Positions 63,032-64,000 of a stretch of 64,000 bases of DNA are shown piece by piece. Origin of the DNA: Podarcis bocagei (lineage: Eukaryota); the NCBI GenBank assembly GCA_964188305.1, contig OZ076889.1; one strand, written 5' to 3'. How positions within the stretch are numbered: the stretch's first letter is position 1; each line of letters opens with the position of its first letter. The notes under the pieces are model-generated. The model searched no databases. It was not told the origin of the DNA and saw nothing but the letters and a program-made list of their open reading frames with translations. The translations under genes and the position numbers were made by a program.

Positions 63032-63078
<47 letters not shown>

Positions 63079-63083
<5 letters not shown>

Positions 63084-63590
63084 AATCAATTTTTCAATAC
63101 AAACCTCAACTGCAAAAGACACATCCAACAAAAACCATAATAACAGTAATAGCACAATTTGAAAATTCAGATTTGGATAGACTGATGTACCTACGACTAC
63201 ACCTTTTTTAACAATATTTTCCCACCTCTGTCTCCTCCTTCTACTTCCCACCACTATCCGCCTTATTGCTTAAATATTCGTTCCAGATGTCTTCATATTT
63301 ATCCATTCTTATTTTGCATCGACATGCAATTCATTCGTATGTAGCTAATCTGTCCATATTATCAATCCGTGTGCTCAATGGAATCTTTTTGCGGTTCTTC
63401 CAATTCATCAAAACAAGTTTTTTTTGCTTCTAATATAGCACGGCACATCCATTTTTTTTGACCCCTTGAAATCTCCCACATTTCCGTAATATAATTTAGA
63501 ATTAAATTCAGTTCTCCTAAATAACAATTTCTTTTTCTTTCTCTTGCTATAAATATCCTCACCTCGCACCAAAATGATCTTATCATTGGG
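63079..63590 (-). mobile_element. L1 LINE 3' fragment (family distinct from the copy at 34 kb)
   Basis: Translation PMIRSFWCEV...AILEAKK...LMNWKN..IPLST.I..MDRLATYE...DKYEDIWNEYL, typical of the L1 ORF2 C-terminus. Confidence 0.75.
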
Positions 63591-64000
63591 CCGGACTATA
63601 TTGGGGGGGGGGATGAACAAATTCCTATGCCCCACAAATAACCCAGAGATGCATTTTAAATAAAAGCACACCTTCTACTCATGTAAAAACACCAGGCAGG
63701 CCCCACAAATAACTCAGAGATGCATTTTAAATAAAAGGACACATTCTACTCATGTAAAAACACACTGATTCCTGGACCTTCTGTGGGCCGGATTTAGAAG
63801 GCGATTGGGCCGCATCCGGCCCCCGAGCCTTAGTTTGCCTACCCATGCCCTAGCCTAGATGGTTCCCTGGTCTCTGAGCCAGCAGAAGGCAGCCTCGTAT
63901 GATCACCATGTCTGCTTTGACCCTCCTGAGCCATGACTTATGGTAAGATGATTGGCATGGATAGTACTCACGTGGCCACACAGCTATCGGCATTTAAAGG

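Larger units (their letters stand above)
62698..63847. mobile_element. hAT family B element inserted in a tRNA-SINE and itself hosting several insertions
   Basis: Termini as in 33332-33580. Flanks CCCTAGAT / CCCTAGCC. Internal ~70-bp tandem duplication at 63630-63760. Confidence 0.82.

Overview
This is vertebrate genomic DNA, not prokaryotic. It is almost certainly from a squamate, probably a lacertid lizard, judging by its Sauria SINEs and its CR1/L2/RTE LINEs. Two host genes are present, converging tail-to-tail as in the conserved CYB561D1-AMIGO1(-GPR61) block: the last coding exon of CYB561D1 (+, 2097-2594) and the complete single-exon CDS of AMIGO1 (-, 28079-29662), which has a 5'UTR intron and a CpG-island promoter. 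The rest is intergenic or UTR sequence dense in transposons. It includes eight copies of one TA-targeting Tc1/mariner-type MITE, many hAT MITEs with 8-bp TSDs, Sauria and other tRNA-SINEs, CR1/L1/L2/RTE fragments, a solo LTR, microsatellites and a 130-N gap. I found no evidence for a wholly new biological system. The most interesting observations are: an AMIGO1 cytoplasmic tail that lacks the conserved VxFxEP motif and has a C-terminal extension; a CR1 with its RT domain deleted; two hAT MITEs stacked on one target site; a MITE that shares about 60 bp with nearby genomic DNA; a MITE inserted into an LTR TATA box; and a multi-layer TE nest containing a fold-back Penelope-like remnant. Repeat family names and human-protein comparisons are from recalled consensus sequences, not database searches.
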